From Tubiluchus corallicola (Eukaryota; Animalia; Priapulida): 64,000 bases of DNA. Under the pieces are notes generated by a model. The model searched no databases. It saw nothing but the letters and a program-made list of their open reading frames with translations, and was not told the DNA's origin. Made by a program: the position numbers and the translations under genes. The DNA is taken from assembly GCA_030141605.1 (NCBI GenBank), contig JAQGDQ010000265.1, positions 124,001 through 188,000 of the forward strand. The letters are read 5' to 3'. Below, piece by piece: positions 52,501-64,000 of the stretch (its first letter is position 1; each line of letters opens with the position of its first letter).

Positions 52501-55500
52501 ATTTTGGATATGTACTATCATTAGGTAAATTTAAGCTGCGCTACATAATTTTTGAAGTTTTTTCTGATCAAATGGAGACTTTAACTTAACATAATATAAT
52601 TACTTTTCTACCAATGACATGCTCCCACATTTCAACAGTCTGCAGATGTCAGTTAACATGTCTTGATTTTTAATAATTTAATTGCCTTTTTAGTTTCAAT
52701 AGTTATAATTGCTACATTTTAATGCTTCTCGGTTGTTTCCTTTAGCTTCAATGAACAGTATCGTAGAATCTTCCAGTCACGATGTTACCAGCATAACCCT
52801 TGCTTTGAGGACTCTAGGCAGTTTTGACTTTGATGGTAATGTACCATTTTAAAATATGAATTGACATAAAAAATAATTAAACTGTAACAGCCAATTAGTT
52901 GTTAATTTGGTTTGATACCCCACTGTTTCTAATTGTGATAAAAAGTGATAACATCACACATTGAATGATACTGTTGTAGGGCATTCGCCGAGTCTGACTC
53001 TGTTTGTACGTCATTGTGCTGATACTCGGTTGTCCAGCGAACATAAGGAAATAAGGATGGAGGCTGTAAAGACTTGTGCATGCCTACTGTCACCTTCATT
53101 ACAAGTATGTAGTTGCACCATTTTTCTGTTCTGCAAATAATGAAGGCTAAAGTTATCTATTCACTTTTTGTTTGTTTGTTGTTTAAAGTACAGTATAAGT
53201 GATTTACTAATTATAGTGGTAAACTGTCAGCTTTATTAATACTAGAATAATATTGGACTGACCTGAACAGTCTTAGATGATGTAGCATTGTCTTAGATGT
53301 AACTTTTTTGGTATGCAAGTGAAGCCAAGTGTTTTCTTCCTCAGAAATTTGTTTGCTTTCGATGGCTAGATTTTTTTTGAAAAGTTGAAACACCTTTGTG
53401 ACTTTCGTTAAGTACGAATTAAAAATATAGTGTTACTAATAAAATGGTGTTTCTCATACAAAGACATGTAGACATATGTTTCTGCTTTATGTACAAAAAA
53501 AATTAAATAAATTTTTGTGGTTGATGAAACACACTTCTGAGTCTAGTTCTCATCTTCAGATCATTCAAATATATAAAAAAAATTTAAATAACATGGTGGG
53601 ATTTTATGTAAAAAAAAATTTAGCCATTTTAGTGAACAGTGATAGTGAGGTCAAATGTTGTAACAAATGTTTGTTTCAGTATTCTTTGCAAAAGTATATT
53701 GAATTTTGTGATAAAAATCTGTATTTTAGTATACAAGTACCCAGCCTGGACAAGTTACTAGTGCTACAGCAATGCACACAGTAGCTGATGTTTTGAACAA
53801 GCTACTCAAAGTGGGTATTACAGACATGGGTAAGTGTTACATCAATTAAAAAATTTATGAAGTTGACCAACTTCAGTTTTTCATTTTAAATTCTGGAATC
53901 TAAATTGTAATCAAAATAAACACTTCTTTTTTTCTTTGCAGAGGAGGTAAAATGTTTACATTTCTTGTTCGTTTGTTTTTGTTCACTTGCTTTTATGAGT
54001 TTACATTGCTGTTTTGTCATTGTCAACAGTATACTTGTTGGCTCATGTTGGATTATAAGTGATTTTCATTTTTAGATCAAGACATTCGATATTGTGTTCT
54101 CATGTCTTTGGATGAGAGATTTGACAGCCATCTTGCCCAGGCTGAAAACCTGAGTGCATTATTTGTAGCTCTAAATGATGGCGTGTTTGAGATTCGAGAA
54201 TTAGCTTTGTGTATCATTGGTCGACTCAGTGCACTCAATCCTGCTTATGTTATGCCATCATTACGAAAGACACTTATACAGGTAAATTATTAACATTGCT
54301 CAGATGTCACAGAAAACTCTTTCTAAACTTTTTCACTGGTAAATGTTTTATTTTCTTAATACAAGAAGTGTTACTTTAAAGAAAGACAGGATGACTTTTC
54401 AGATCCTATCGTATTTTGAAGCAAGGTAACAGATACATTTTGTCATTTATAATAATGCCAAAAAGGTTTGATAATTAAATATTAACTTAAAAACTTCACA
54501 GTTAACACTGATGACACAACTGAATATAACTTTCTAATGGCAGAAGCATTCCATAAGTGTGTTTCATGTGTTTTCAGAAGTGAATGTTTAAGTGCAGCCC
54601 TACTATATAATACTGACTATGAAAATATGAAATCTCAGCAAATTTTAAGTTTAAAGCTGCAAATTTCTAGTTGAGGCTACTGAGGCTGTGCCACGTTACA
54701 AGTGAAATATGTTCTTATTATCAGGTACAGCACTTATTTTTTGCAAAGTGTTTTTGAGAAGCAGGTGTTTTTGTCCATCTTGCTGGAAATGGCTGAACAC
54801 GTGCAAAATATTAGGCTTCTGCAGAAGTAATTCTTGCACGTAAGTCATTCTGAGGAAAAACAGTGGTTTGAAATTTTGTTTTGTTTTCCTTTAAAGACAT
54901 TATTAAGCTAGTGAAGATCTTTCAGTGAAAGTTGGTGGCTTTTTTTAATTAAGTTGATATTGCTTCATCTATTTTCTAGTCAACTAACTCTTCATTCTAT
55001 GCAAGAACTATACCAAAGAACCAAACCTCATCAGTTATATCATTCAGAGAAACCAAAAGAAACCAATTTTTTTTGCAGATATTGGCTGAGCTAGAGTACA
55101 GTGGCATTGGGCGAAATAAAGAACAGGCAGCACGAATGTTGGGCCATCTTGTTGCTAATGCACCAAGGCTCATTCGCCCTTACATGGAACCAATATTCAA
55201 TGTAAGTGCCACTGAAAATAACAGTTCATTGTTTTCTTCACATGTTTTTTTATTTTATATGTGTAAATCTGATGATTAAGATTGCAAAGATCTGTAAAAA
55301 TTTATGATATTCACACCAAGATCAGATTAATGTTGTACAGAAGTTTATTTTTACATATTTCCTTATTATCTTCACATTGCCAATGTGGCAGACTTCATGG
55401 CTGAGTGGATTGGTGCACATGCTTTATGACAGCGGTGTGTTGGTGCCTCAGTTCGATACTCGCTGTATACGGTATTGCTTTAATTTTTGCTGTTTGCCTG

Positions 55501-58500
55501 ATGTATATGCATCCAAGTGTGGCTGGGGCACCGCTGCTGATTCAGTGATTCATTTTAGAGGCATATTGGAGAACCAGGTTCCAGTCACGGCACAAAGGTC
55601 TTGTTGAGGCAGCCCGGCCTTTGTATGGCTCGGTTTGCAGCGTGCCAAAGTTGATAAAAGATCACTTAAAACACCATAATGTGTTTTTCCCAAGATCATC
55701 GTTATGCTTCCTCTCTTTTCTCACTAAACTGTCTCTTCTATTATCACCTAGTAATGCAGTTTGAACATAAAAAAATTATGAACTTTAGTGATTTAGTAAT
55801 TATTTATTGGTCATTAACGTATTTAAGCATTCAAAATAAAATGTTTTTGTATAAAAATCTAAATGAAATATGTCATGTACTATGTTACTTCATGATCTCT
55901 GTCTTTTCTTCTATAGGCCCTAATTCCCAAACTGAAAGACCCAGATCCGAATCCAGCTGTTATTGTGAGTGTACTTGCAGCAATAGGAGAATTGGCCCAG
56001 GTAAGGTCTGATGGTTGACTGTGTGTGTGTGCACATGTTCGCATGTAGTGTGAGTGCGCATTTGTGTGTGTGTGTGCGTGTGTGCATGCGTGCGTGCGTG
56101 TGTGTGCGCGTGTATATTACACCTGCCTGACCATAACAGTATATGCACATTTTGTCAAATACTTCAGCTTTATAGTTTCTATTTCAGAGCTGCTTTTTTA
56201 TTTGCTAATTTTAACCACACTGAGCAAGTGCTTAGAAGGTGCTGCTTTAGTTTGCTTTTTATAGTATATTAGGTGGCGCAGAAAAAATGTGCCAAAATTT
56301 AGACTGCCATAATATTAGAAGTGTGTGATCTGCAGTACTGAAATTTTATGGTATGATATTAACTTTTGGCAGTGAAAGTTACAAGTTTATAGTTTTAGTG
56401 CATTTTAAGTTATGACAAAAAGCTTTTGCATGTTAAAAAATTGAATGCCAGAGCAATATCAGCTCATCATGAACTGAAAAACAGCCACATTTAGTGACGT
56501 AAAAAGCACTCAATACATGGTGCAAAACTATAAACGAATTTTTTTCTTATAATAACATGATCAAAACTCGGCACTTTTTTGCTCCACCTAATATATATGT
56601 ATAGCAGCCAAACATGCCTATGTGCTCAGAAATCGAATTATTATTTGTCAGCCAAGTTGTTTTTTGCTTGATTGCTTGTTGCTTATCATGCAGGTACTTG
56701 CCATATATAGGGATTGTAAACCTTTTGAGGTAGGCTTCTTCACTAAACCTTAGTTATAGCTTATTCTTCTTATTTTTGTCATGCTTCTGTGAAGTTGTCA
56801 CATGTTTGTTAGGATTTGGAGTGGCCAACATGATTACTGACTGTTATTAGAATTGCCTGAAATATACCAGGCATACATTCTTGGTTGATGTTGTGCGCTT
56901 TTTTCAAGTGTTCAAAATACACATTTTGCGCTGCTTAATACATTTATAATGCTTGACAGAAATTACTTAAATGACATATTGTGCATTAAGAAAACCAAAA
57001 CAATAACAGTCCTCAAATAGAAAAAATGACTAAAAAATGATAAATAGTGATCACAGAGTTTGTGTTTGATCCTTGAAGATTGATATACTATTTGAGAATA
57101 ATAGAAAAAAGCTAATAACCTGTAAAACAATGCCATATATTTCATATATATGTGTTCTAAATGTTACTCTTATTTCTGATACATACTTCAGTCTTGATAA
57201 ATGAAATGGTAGAAAGATTTGGCACGTTTTGTGGCCCAACTGCTGTAAACTAAACAAGCATCGAAAATCTTCTATCATGCATTATATACAAGTATCATGT
57301 GTGGTATTATTATTAAGTTTTTCTAAAGATTATTGTTCATTATCTTGGTGTTGTTTCAGTTTTGAGGAATGTGGCTTGAGCTGGGGTTTCGTCTTGATTT
57401 TAATTAGTTTATTTTCATTCATTAACTTTGCAGCAACATTAAGTGTTTTCCTGATTGTAATACAAGAGCATGTTTGTAACTAAAACATCTGCTGATCACG
57501 AATGTTAACATTTAATAGTATTTAGGGTACGTTTTTTTTAAAACCCTGATCTTGTTTTTGTGTCGCACAACTGATAATTAATAGATTGGCCAATGTCATA
57601 ATGAACAGCCATTTACCCTTGCAGTGACATTTCTTTTTAGTATGTGTGAAATATAATAAAAAAATTAGTAAAATGTAACCTAGCCTGTTTAGTTATCAGC
57701 TTTGCATTTTTATACATTAAGATAAACTATTTTAGGTTAGTGGAGTAGAGATGAGAAAATGGATGGATGAACTGTTGCCGATAATCATTGAAATGCTGGA
57801 AGATTCGTCTTCTACCCCTCGACGCGAGGTAAAAACGTATCTTCCCTTTTAAGATTAACACATCATACGATTTTTTTAATGATCTTTGTCACCAATGCAG
57901 TGTTAGTCATTGTGGCTTGTGTGTTCAGTGTAATGCTTTAGAGCATTGGCTTTACAACTCAACTGTTGGGAATTCTTAGCATAGCTAGCAACTGTGATGT
58001 TGTTTTGTGCTGAATTCCAAAAGTTGTACATAAGTCATGGTGCAAGATGCTCCTGGTGTCATCATGTCCTTTAAAGGACATTGTTATGTCTTTTAGTTCA
58101 ATAAATTCCACCAGGATGCTCCATTGCTCCCTTGAAGCTTATGATCTTATCTTGCCATCTCAAGTGCTTGGTAACTTATTTGGGCTGATTATTTAAAAAA
58201 ACTTCATCATTTATTTCCCATGTCTTAGGTTGCATTATGGACTCTTGGTCAGCTCGTGGAAAGTACAGGATATGCAGTCACACCGTACCAGAAGTATCCT
58301 AGTTTACTTGAAGTTTTGCTGAGTTTCTTGAAGACTGAACAGTCAGTGAGCATTCGAAGAGAGGTGACAGAAAAAACCATTTTGTTTCTACTTTTTATGT
58401 TATACAAGTAAGGTTTATTAGTCATCGATTTACGAGTTATGCATCTTATGGCTGTTCGATTTTGTAATAACAACCATAATATAATTAGTTTGTTAGTAAA

Positions 58501-61500
58501 ATTAAATGTTACTTTCTTTTTTAAGCAAATAACTTTAAATCTCATCTGCTTTTCATTTCATGCATTATCGTACGTAAAGCATTCTTATGCACGACATCTT
58601 ACACGTAGTAAGAGCGCATTCCTTGAACATACAGGTTCCACTTTCATCCAGATTGTCTTACAACTGATTGGTTGAGACCACATGTTTGATGAGAGGCTGT
58701 ATGTTTTATTTTAATGATTAAATTCTTGCCCATATCTTACTGTGTTGTTACATATTATCTAAGTCGTTTGTTTCTTTGTAAATACTTTTAAGTATTTTAT
58801 TAACCATGCTTTCTCAAAGAAATAAAAGTTGCATTGTATTTTTTTACTAAAATAATTCATGATTACATGTTGCTCTTAGGTTTATGCTAGAAGTGCTTTA
58901 AAAGTACAAAGTTTTTAAAATTTACATATCTGTTCCTTTTTTGTAACAGGTAATTCGTGTGTTAGGTTTACTTGGTGCCCTGGATCCATACAAGCACAAG
59001 TTAAACCTTGGATTAATTGAGCAGTCTGATTCAAAGGTGGTGTTAAGCATGTCCGAAGCCAAATCTGAAGACTCGGGTAGATAGTACTAAACATACGTTA
59101 CATGCATTTTATGTTTTCTTATGAATAGGTGCATCACCATGGTTTGAGTAGTTTTTTTTGTAAAACAAGTTGCTTTAGGATTACTACAACCTATTAACAG
59201 AGTAATGTAAAAACTTCTGCAAGTAATGTAATTAAGTTTTGTAGTGCTCTTGTGTAATACGGTATTGAAACAATAGTTTGTCTAGCAGCAGTTTACTACT
59301 AGTCATGCTCTTTTTATTATTTAAATAACACTTATCCAAAATATTCCTTTTTTTATATAAAACATGTATTGTTATATTTTCTTGTTGTTTAAAAAAATTA
59401 CTGTTAGGAGTTGTTTATGTTGTTTATGCACTTTTTTATTTTGAAATCCTGGTACTTGATATAAAAATTTCAGTCTAAAAGAGCAAAATTTTTCTACTGG
59501 AGCTGTTCGGAGTGCAGAAGATCTGAGTTTGTGTCCCAGTTGCGATGCAAAATTTTTCAGATTTTCTGATTTTGTTTACATCTAGTTATGGTTTAATACT
59601 CATTAAATAATTATTTCATCACTTAAAGTATTTCACTATTAATGCTTCTTTTTACAGAGTCTACCACCAGCGAAATGTTGGTCAACATGGCAGCTTCGAC
59701 CACACTAGAAGATTACTTCCCTGCTGTTGCCATCTCGACGCTGATGAAGGTTATTCGAGATCCAACTCTCTCACAGCATCATAACATGATCGTACAAGCA
59801 ATCACGTTCATATTCAAGAGCTTGGGTATCAAGTGTGTTCCGTATTTGCAGCAAGTGATGCCCTCGCTGCTAACTGTGATTCATACGTCTGATGCATCGT
59901 TTAAAGAGGTGAGCTTTTAATATAACGAATGATTGTTTTTTGAAAACAAGTATGTACAAATGTATTCAATAGAATACTTACACTTTCTTTGTTTAGTGAT
60001 TGTAATGAAAACATTTTGCGAATTTCAGTGAACAACTTGATATGGATAAATGTCAAACTAAGTTAGCTGCATTAACAAAGGAGAATTATTTAATTTAACA
60101 CTCCATGGAATTATCGACTTAGCTAGGCTCAATGTTCCTAGAAGATTCATTCACTTATGTCCTTTTTATGTAGTTTTCCTCATTTCATTGACATTCATCT
60201 ACAGTAGGTGCCGCTTAATTGACTAACAATTAATAGACTCAAAAACTCCTGGTATGGGCCGCTTCTATTCAAAATGTACATAAAAACTGCCGGTAATTGA
60301 CTCAAATAACTCCGCATCATTTCCTCAATATTTTTCCTTCACCTACTTAGGTTCAGTCGGTTAATTGGGTCAAAACACTTCGGTCAAAACACGTCCCAAA
60401 GTGAGTCTATTAAGCGGCGCCTACTGTATTATATTGTTCTTTTGTTGTTGTTACACTATGATTCATAAGTTTTGTTCAGCCAATTAGGACATAGTAACAA
60501 ATTATTATTAACACATGTCACACTTAAAAAACTTACAGTATTTGTTGTCAATGTCAATTAGTTCTGCACCTTAGTGGCAAGAAATATTTTTTCTAGTTGT
60601 ACCAACCGGAGGCTATAATTCTATTAGGCAGGGAGACGATTAACTTATTTATTTAATTGTAGCTTATGCAGAAGATCATACAGTGTATGTTGTAACTGTT
60701 ACCTGAGTGTGAGTTCACTCAGTTCAACTGTAGGTAGAATATTTAACAGTTATACTGCTGTAATTCTTTGCTGTCAATCCACAATAGAACCTGATATGCC
60801 TAAAAACACTAAAAAGTCTGGCAGGTGTGCATAATCTGTTCTTCTGAATTTTATTGCTCAACTAAATGCTCTTGTTTCTTTTTTTAGTTTTTATTTCAAC
60901 AGCTTGGCGTACTTATTTCCATTGTGAAGCAGCACATTCGAAACTACCTGGATGACATTTTTGAGCTGATCAAGGTGAGAGAAATAAATATTCAGTATGT
61001 GGAATAGGATTTTAAAATTTCTAACTAACTGATAATGCACTGGAAGTTAAAGTATTTAAATGTTCATTACCTGATGGCCTTACAGAAGGTTATTATCCTA
61101 CATTGCATCTTGCACATTGCTTTTGCGTGAGTGCAAGAGAGTGTTTTGCATTGCCATAGAGAGAGAACTTTTCAATTTTGATTTCAATATCATCATTGTT
61201 ACTCTTTGCAGACCTATTGGATGGTTAACTCTAGCATGCAGAATACCATAATTCGACTGGTTGAGCAAATAGCCGTAGCTCTAGGAGGAGAATTCAAAGT
61301 TTACCTCCCGCAGCTTATACCACACATATTGCGCGTGTTCATACACGACAGTGATCCAGATTTGGCTGTTACCTATCGTTTGCTGAATGCTTTACAATTG
61401 TTTGGCTCTAATCTGGACGACTCCTTGCACCTGATCTTGCCACCTGTCGTTAAACTGTTTGACACGGCAGATGCGCCAATCAAAGTGAGAAAGTAAGTTT

Positions 61501-64000
61501 GTCAAGCTTTTTGAAAATAGTTGGGATTACTTATGCTTAAGTATTTTATGCTTAAATGGCCATTCTTTGTCGTTGAAATTCAAGCTAATGCAAGCAGTAT
61601 ACTAATGTTAATTATTGTCTGCCACATGTAAATTATATTTCCTTGAATGACAACAGAGGTTAGTGAGGAATTTGTAAACTTGTACAATAATTTAGTGTGA
61701 AATGAGTAAAGTGACATCTACATCATCTTAAACTTGTTGTGCAGTAATTGTTATGCTTTTCTGATGTTAAGTTGTTAATGTTGTAAGTCTAAATAAGTTT
61801 CATTCATTTATTATTTTTTATTCATACACATAGTACGGCGAATATAATAGCTAGTGAAACCAGTGGAATGCGTAAACAGTAGCCAGTCACTGAAAACGGC
61901 ATGGGTTTTGTAAAAACCAATCGCTCTTTGTGTTGTATTCCAAACGTGTTTATTTTTATGGTGTCACAGCTGTAGAAAATGCAGTGATTTTCTTTTTAAA
62001 GTTTTCATTACAAAAATAATAATCATTTCAGCCATCAGTCCTGCTGTCATTCCATGTATACACTGTTGTAATTTCAAGATTATACGTTGACTGCACATCA
62101 TATATAAGTACACCTATTATAATTAAGTATTCTAATAAAATTAACAAAACAGTTGCCCTGTTTGTACTAATGTCCTTGAGACGTTTGGTAGGCTGAGTGA
62201 CTCTCTGAACTTCACTGATTATGCTTCATCGTATACACATTTGTTCATACGATTGACACAATGAAACCAATAGAATAGCTAATCAATATGCAGTCAAACA
62301 ATACTTTGCCTGTTGTAACAACCAGTTGCTGTTTGTATTTACAAAGTGCATAAGTTTAGAAATGTTTTCTACACTATTTTCTAGAAAAATTCTGTGTACA
62401 AAAAATATTTTACCCTTCACAGTAACTTGTCCATTTATTGCTAAACCTTCATTTGCTACTGCTGCCAATGCATGCAGCTGTAATTTCAACGTTATGTGCT
62501 GACTGGACCATTAGCATGTAGTATTTTAATGAAATTACCGATACAACTGATATATTTGTAGGAATGCACTTGAGACGATTGATAGGCTTAGTGATTCTCT
62601 AAATTTTACTGATTATGCTTCACGAATCATACACCCGCTTATGCATACGATTGACACGACTCCGGAACTACGACAGACCGCCATGGATACCCTCTCTGCA
62701 CTTGTCATACAACTAGGGAAGAAGTATGAAATTTTCATGCCAATGGCTAACAAAATCTTGATTAAGCATCGAATACAGCACTCGCGTTATGACATACTAA
62801 TGTGCCGTATATCGGAGGTGAAGAGTTCATTTTATTATTCAAATAATTGAGTAGAAGTGTTTAATCTTTGTTTACATAAATTCGCATCAATGTTAATTTG
62901 TTATGTAAGCGGCTAAGGTACCTCTTTTGCCGTTTTTATTATGCATTAGCAGTTTGAAAATTGTTGTCTTTGTTACTGGGTGCCTCTTTGTGTCAAAACT
63001 AATACACTTTTGTCAAGTGATCATTCCTTAACAAATTTAAAGACGCTATTTTTGTCTATTTTATTTCACAGTTTGTATTACCAAGCAATAACAATAACAC
63101 ATTTCTATAGCTATAGCTAGTAAATGGTTGCTTGTCATGTTTACATATACAGGGCGCAACAATTGCAGAAGAAGAGCAGGATCCTCTGATCCAGAAAGCA
63201 CGACATTCTCAGCATCGTCCAGAGGAGCACGCCAGCACAACCGATTCCGCTCCAATTAAAAAGTTACAAGTTACTGCAGTAAATCTACAAAGGGTTTGTG
63301 TAAAAAACCAAATATTTTTCTTCAGTTTAAATGTTTAATCCAAGTTAGAATCCAAGGAATAGAACTCTGTGATAGTTTTGGATATGTATAACCTCTGTAT
63401 TGTAGTTATTGTTAATTCTAATAGAAATTCCAAATTCAAATTTTCAATCTCAGCATATTTCAAAAGTATAATAATCCTGGTGTAGAAAGTTACAGCATAA
63501 TAATAATTTTGTTTAGGACAGTCCAAGGATAACACCTTGAGTAACTCAATACGTATTTCCGAGGTGGTCCCGATTATTATTAGCTGTATATTACTTCGAT
63601 AAACCCGCGGTACCATTGCTTGGTCGAAGAATCAGCGGTACCATTTTTCAAGTTTGGTAATACTTGGTCGAGAGTTGAACCAACAACCTCCCTGGTAGTA
63701 AGTGAGCATGATATCATTGAGCTACGCCACCTTGTTATCTCCCTACAACTTACGTGAAAAACTTTAGTGTCAAACACATGATTTATTTTATGTGTGTCCG
63801 CAAAGCTGGGCATCTTTGCTAGTTTGTTTTAGCGTCAGAGACATCCATCAAAGTACTTCTTTACAGTGAACTTAATATTAATATGTTGTACTATTTTTTG
63901 TTTCTGATGCAGAGCTTATGTGTTGACTCATTAAGCGGAAAGGATAGTTTTTAGCATTAAATGTCACTTATCTTCATCTCTGTTATGTTTATATGCAGGC
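40591..64000 (+). CDS. MTOR: Serine/threonine kinase mTOR, N-terminal HEAT-repeat portion; multi-exon, continues beyond window
   Basis: Exons: 40591-40816, 41610-41845, 42176-42277, 42415-42513, 43123-43257, 44495-44560, 45812-45874, 47466-47645, 48944-49056, 49271-49450, 50070-50195, 51042-51202, 52746-52835, 52980-53104, 53730-53829, 54076-54281, 55079-55201, 55917-56000, 57736-57828, 58229-58363, 58950-59076, 59658-59908, 60888-60974, 61212-61492, 62562-62817, 63153-63293; the next exon starts at 63999. Hallmark TOR sequences: [128 protein letters not shown]. Confidence 0.97.
43419..44388 (+). mobile_element. pogo/Tigger-like non-autonomous transposon, family C copy 1
   Basis: CAGCAGGGGCTGCTTAAT ... 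ATTAAGCGGCACTAACTG|TA; ~970 bp homologous in inverted orientation to 51296-52257 (the ORF track shows the shared spurious peptide [11 protein letters not shown] on opposite strands). Confidence 0.85.
45187..45566. mobile_element. Unclassified MITE with ~24-bp TIRs and subterminal tandem motifs
   Basis: TATA|GGTTTTACATGTCATATGTAGAC ... GTCTACATTTGACATGTAAAACC|TATA; repeated (ct)acatttga(g/a)ttacc units at 45480-45555. Confidence 0.8.
46048..46640 (+). mobile_element. pogo/Tigger-like non-autonomous transposon, family A copy 2
   Basis: TA|CAGTAAGTACTTGCTTAACGA ... TCGTTAAGTGAGGACTTACTG|TA. Confidence 0.85.
48241..48845. mobile_element. pogo/Tigger-like MITE (family D)
   Basis: AAACTTTGTATAACTCGAAC at left; GTTGAGTTATACAAAGTTTCCTG|TA at right; repeated GAGTTA subterminal motifs. 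Confidence 0.7.
50604..50657. repeat. Purine-rich (GA)n/(GGA)n tract
   Basis: gagagacagagggagggaggggaggagagagagagc...gagagagg. Confidence 0.7.
51296..52257 (-). mobile_element. pogo/Tigger-like family C copy 2 (inverted)
   Basis: TA|CAGCAGGCGCCGCTTAAT ... ATTAAGCGGCGCCTACTG|TA. Confidence 0.88.
55390..55680 (+). mobile_element. tRNA-derived SINE-like element
   Basis: A box TGGCTGAGTGG (55398-55408), B box GTTCGATAC (55451-55459), followed by a GC-richer body; no intact cloverleaf. Confidence 0.55.
56020..56113. repeat. Compound (GT)n/(GCGT)n microsatellite
   Basis: tgtgtgtgtgtgcac...gtgtgtgtgtgtgcgtgtgtgcatgcgtgcgtgcgtgtgtgtgcgcgtgt, just downstream of the mTOR donor at 56000. Confidence 0.85.
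56267..56593. mobile_element. mariner-type MITE
   Basis: TATTAGGTGGCGCAGAAAAAATGTGCC ... GGCACTTTTTTGCTCCACCTAATA with TA flanks; resembles mariner TIRs (TTAGGTTGGTGCAAAA type). Confidence 0.8.
60202..60426 (+). mobile_element. pogo/Tigger-like family C copy 3, internally deleted (~225 bp)
   Basis: TA|CAGTAGGTGCCGCTTAAT ... ATTAAGCGGCGCCTACTG|TA; both ends match copies 1 and 2. Confidence 0.88.
62161..62262 (+). pseudogene. Decayed partial duplicate (pseudo-exon) of mTOR exon 62562-62817
   Basis: tttgtactaatgtccttgagacgtttggtaggctgagtgactctctgaacttcactgattatgcttca...catacgattgacac aligns with tttgtaggaatgcacttgagacgattgataggcttagtgattctctaaattttactgattatgcttca...catacgattgacac. The acceptor AG is changed to AC, there are small deletions, and the 3' half is absent. 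Confidence 0.9.
63600..63731 (-). mobile_element. tRNA-head SINE remnant with a Meta-domain-like central motif
   Basis: Minus strand: GTAGCTCAATG (A box) ... GGTTCAACTC (B box) ... taccaaacttgaaaaatggtaccgctg, resembling the MetaSINE central domain as recalled. Confidence 0.5.

Noticed and set aside
55920-56272. Thr-His and Cys-Val repeat ORFs
   Set aside because: Translations of a (GT)n microsatellite.

Overview
AT-rich, intron-dense genomic DNA from an invertebrate animal (inferred from GT-AG introns, metazoan-type proteins, MITEs and SINEs); it is not prokaryotic. I reconstructed three spliced genes by hand with phase-consistent junctions. (1) The 3' portion of a DmX-like/Rabconnectin-3 alpha gene (+; 334 to stop at 23779). 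(2) A complete RNF115/RNF126-type zinc-finger plus RING-H2 E3 ligase (-; 39413 to 27062, 9 exons, ~305 aa). (3) The 5' HEAT-repeat portion of mTOR (+; ATG 40591, running off the window end). The RNF gene and mTOR are head-to-head, with ATGs ~1.18 kb apart; DMXL and RNF are tail-to-tail. Introns hold many non-autonomous DNA transposons (pogo/Tigger-like, mariner, hAT, piggyBac-like) and SINE remnants. The most notable observations are: a GC-rich DMXL cassette or alternative terminal exon with two competing 5' splice sites, each overlapped by one of two interleaved RNA helices; a chain of uORFs joined by ATGA stop/start overlaps running into the mTOR start codon; a decayed partial duplicate of an mTOR exon with mostly synonymous differences; a probable GC-AG intron in the RNF gene; candidate microexons in a variable mTOR loop; and inverted MITE pairs bracketing exon blocks. 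All family names come from recalled motifs, not database searches, and the regulatory interpretations are inferences.
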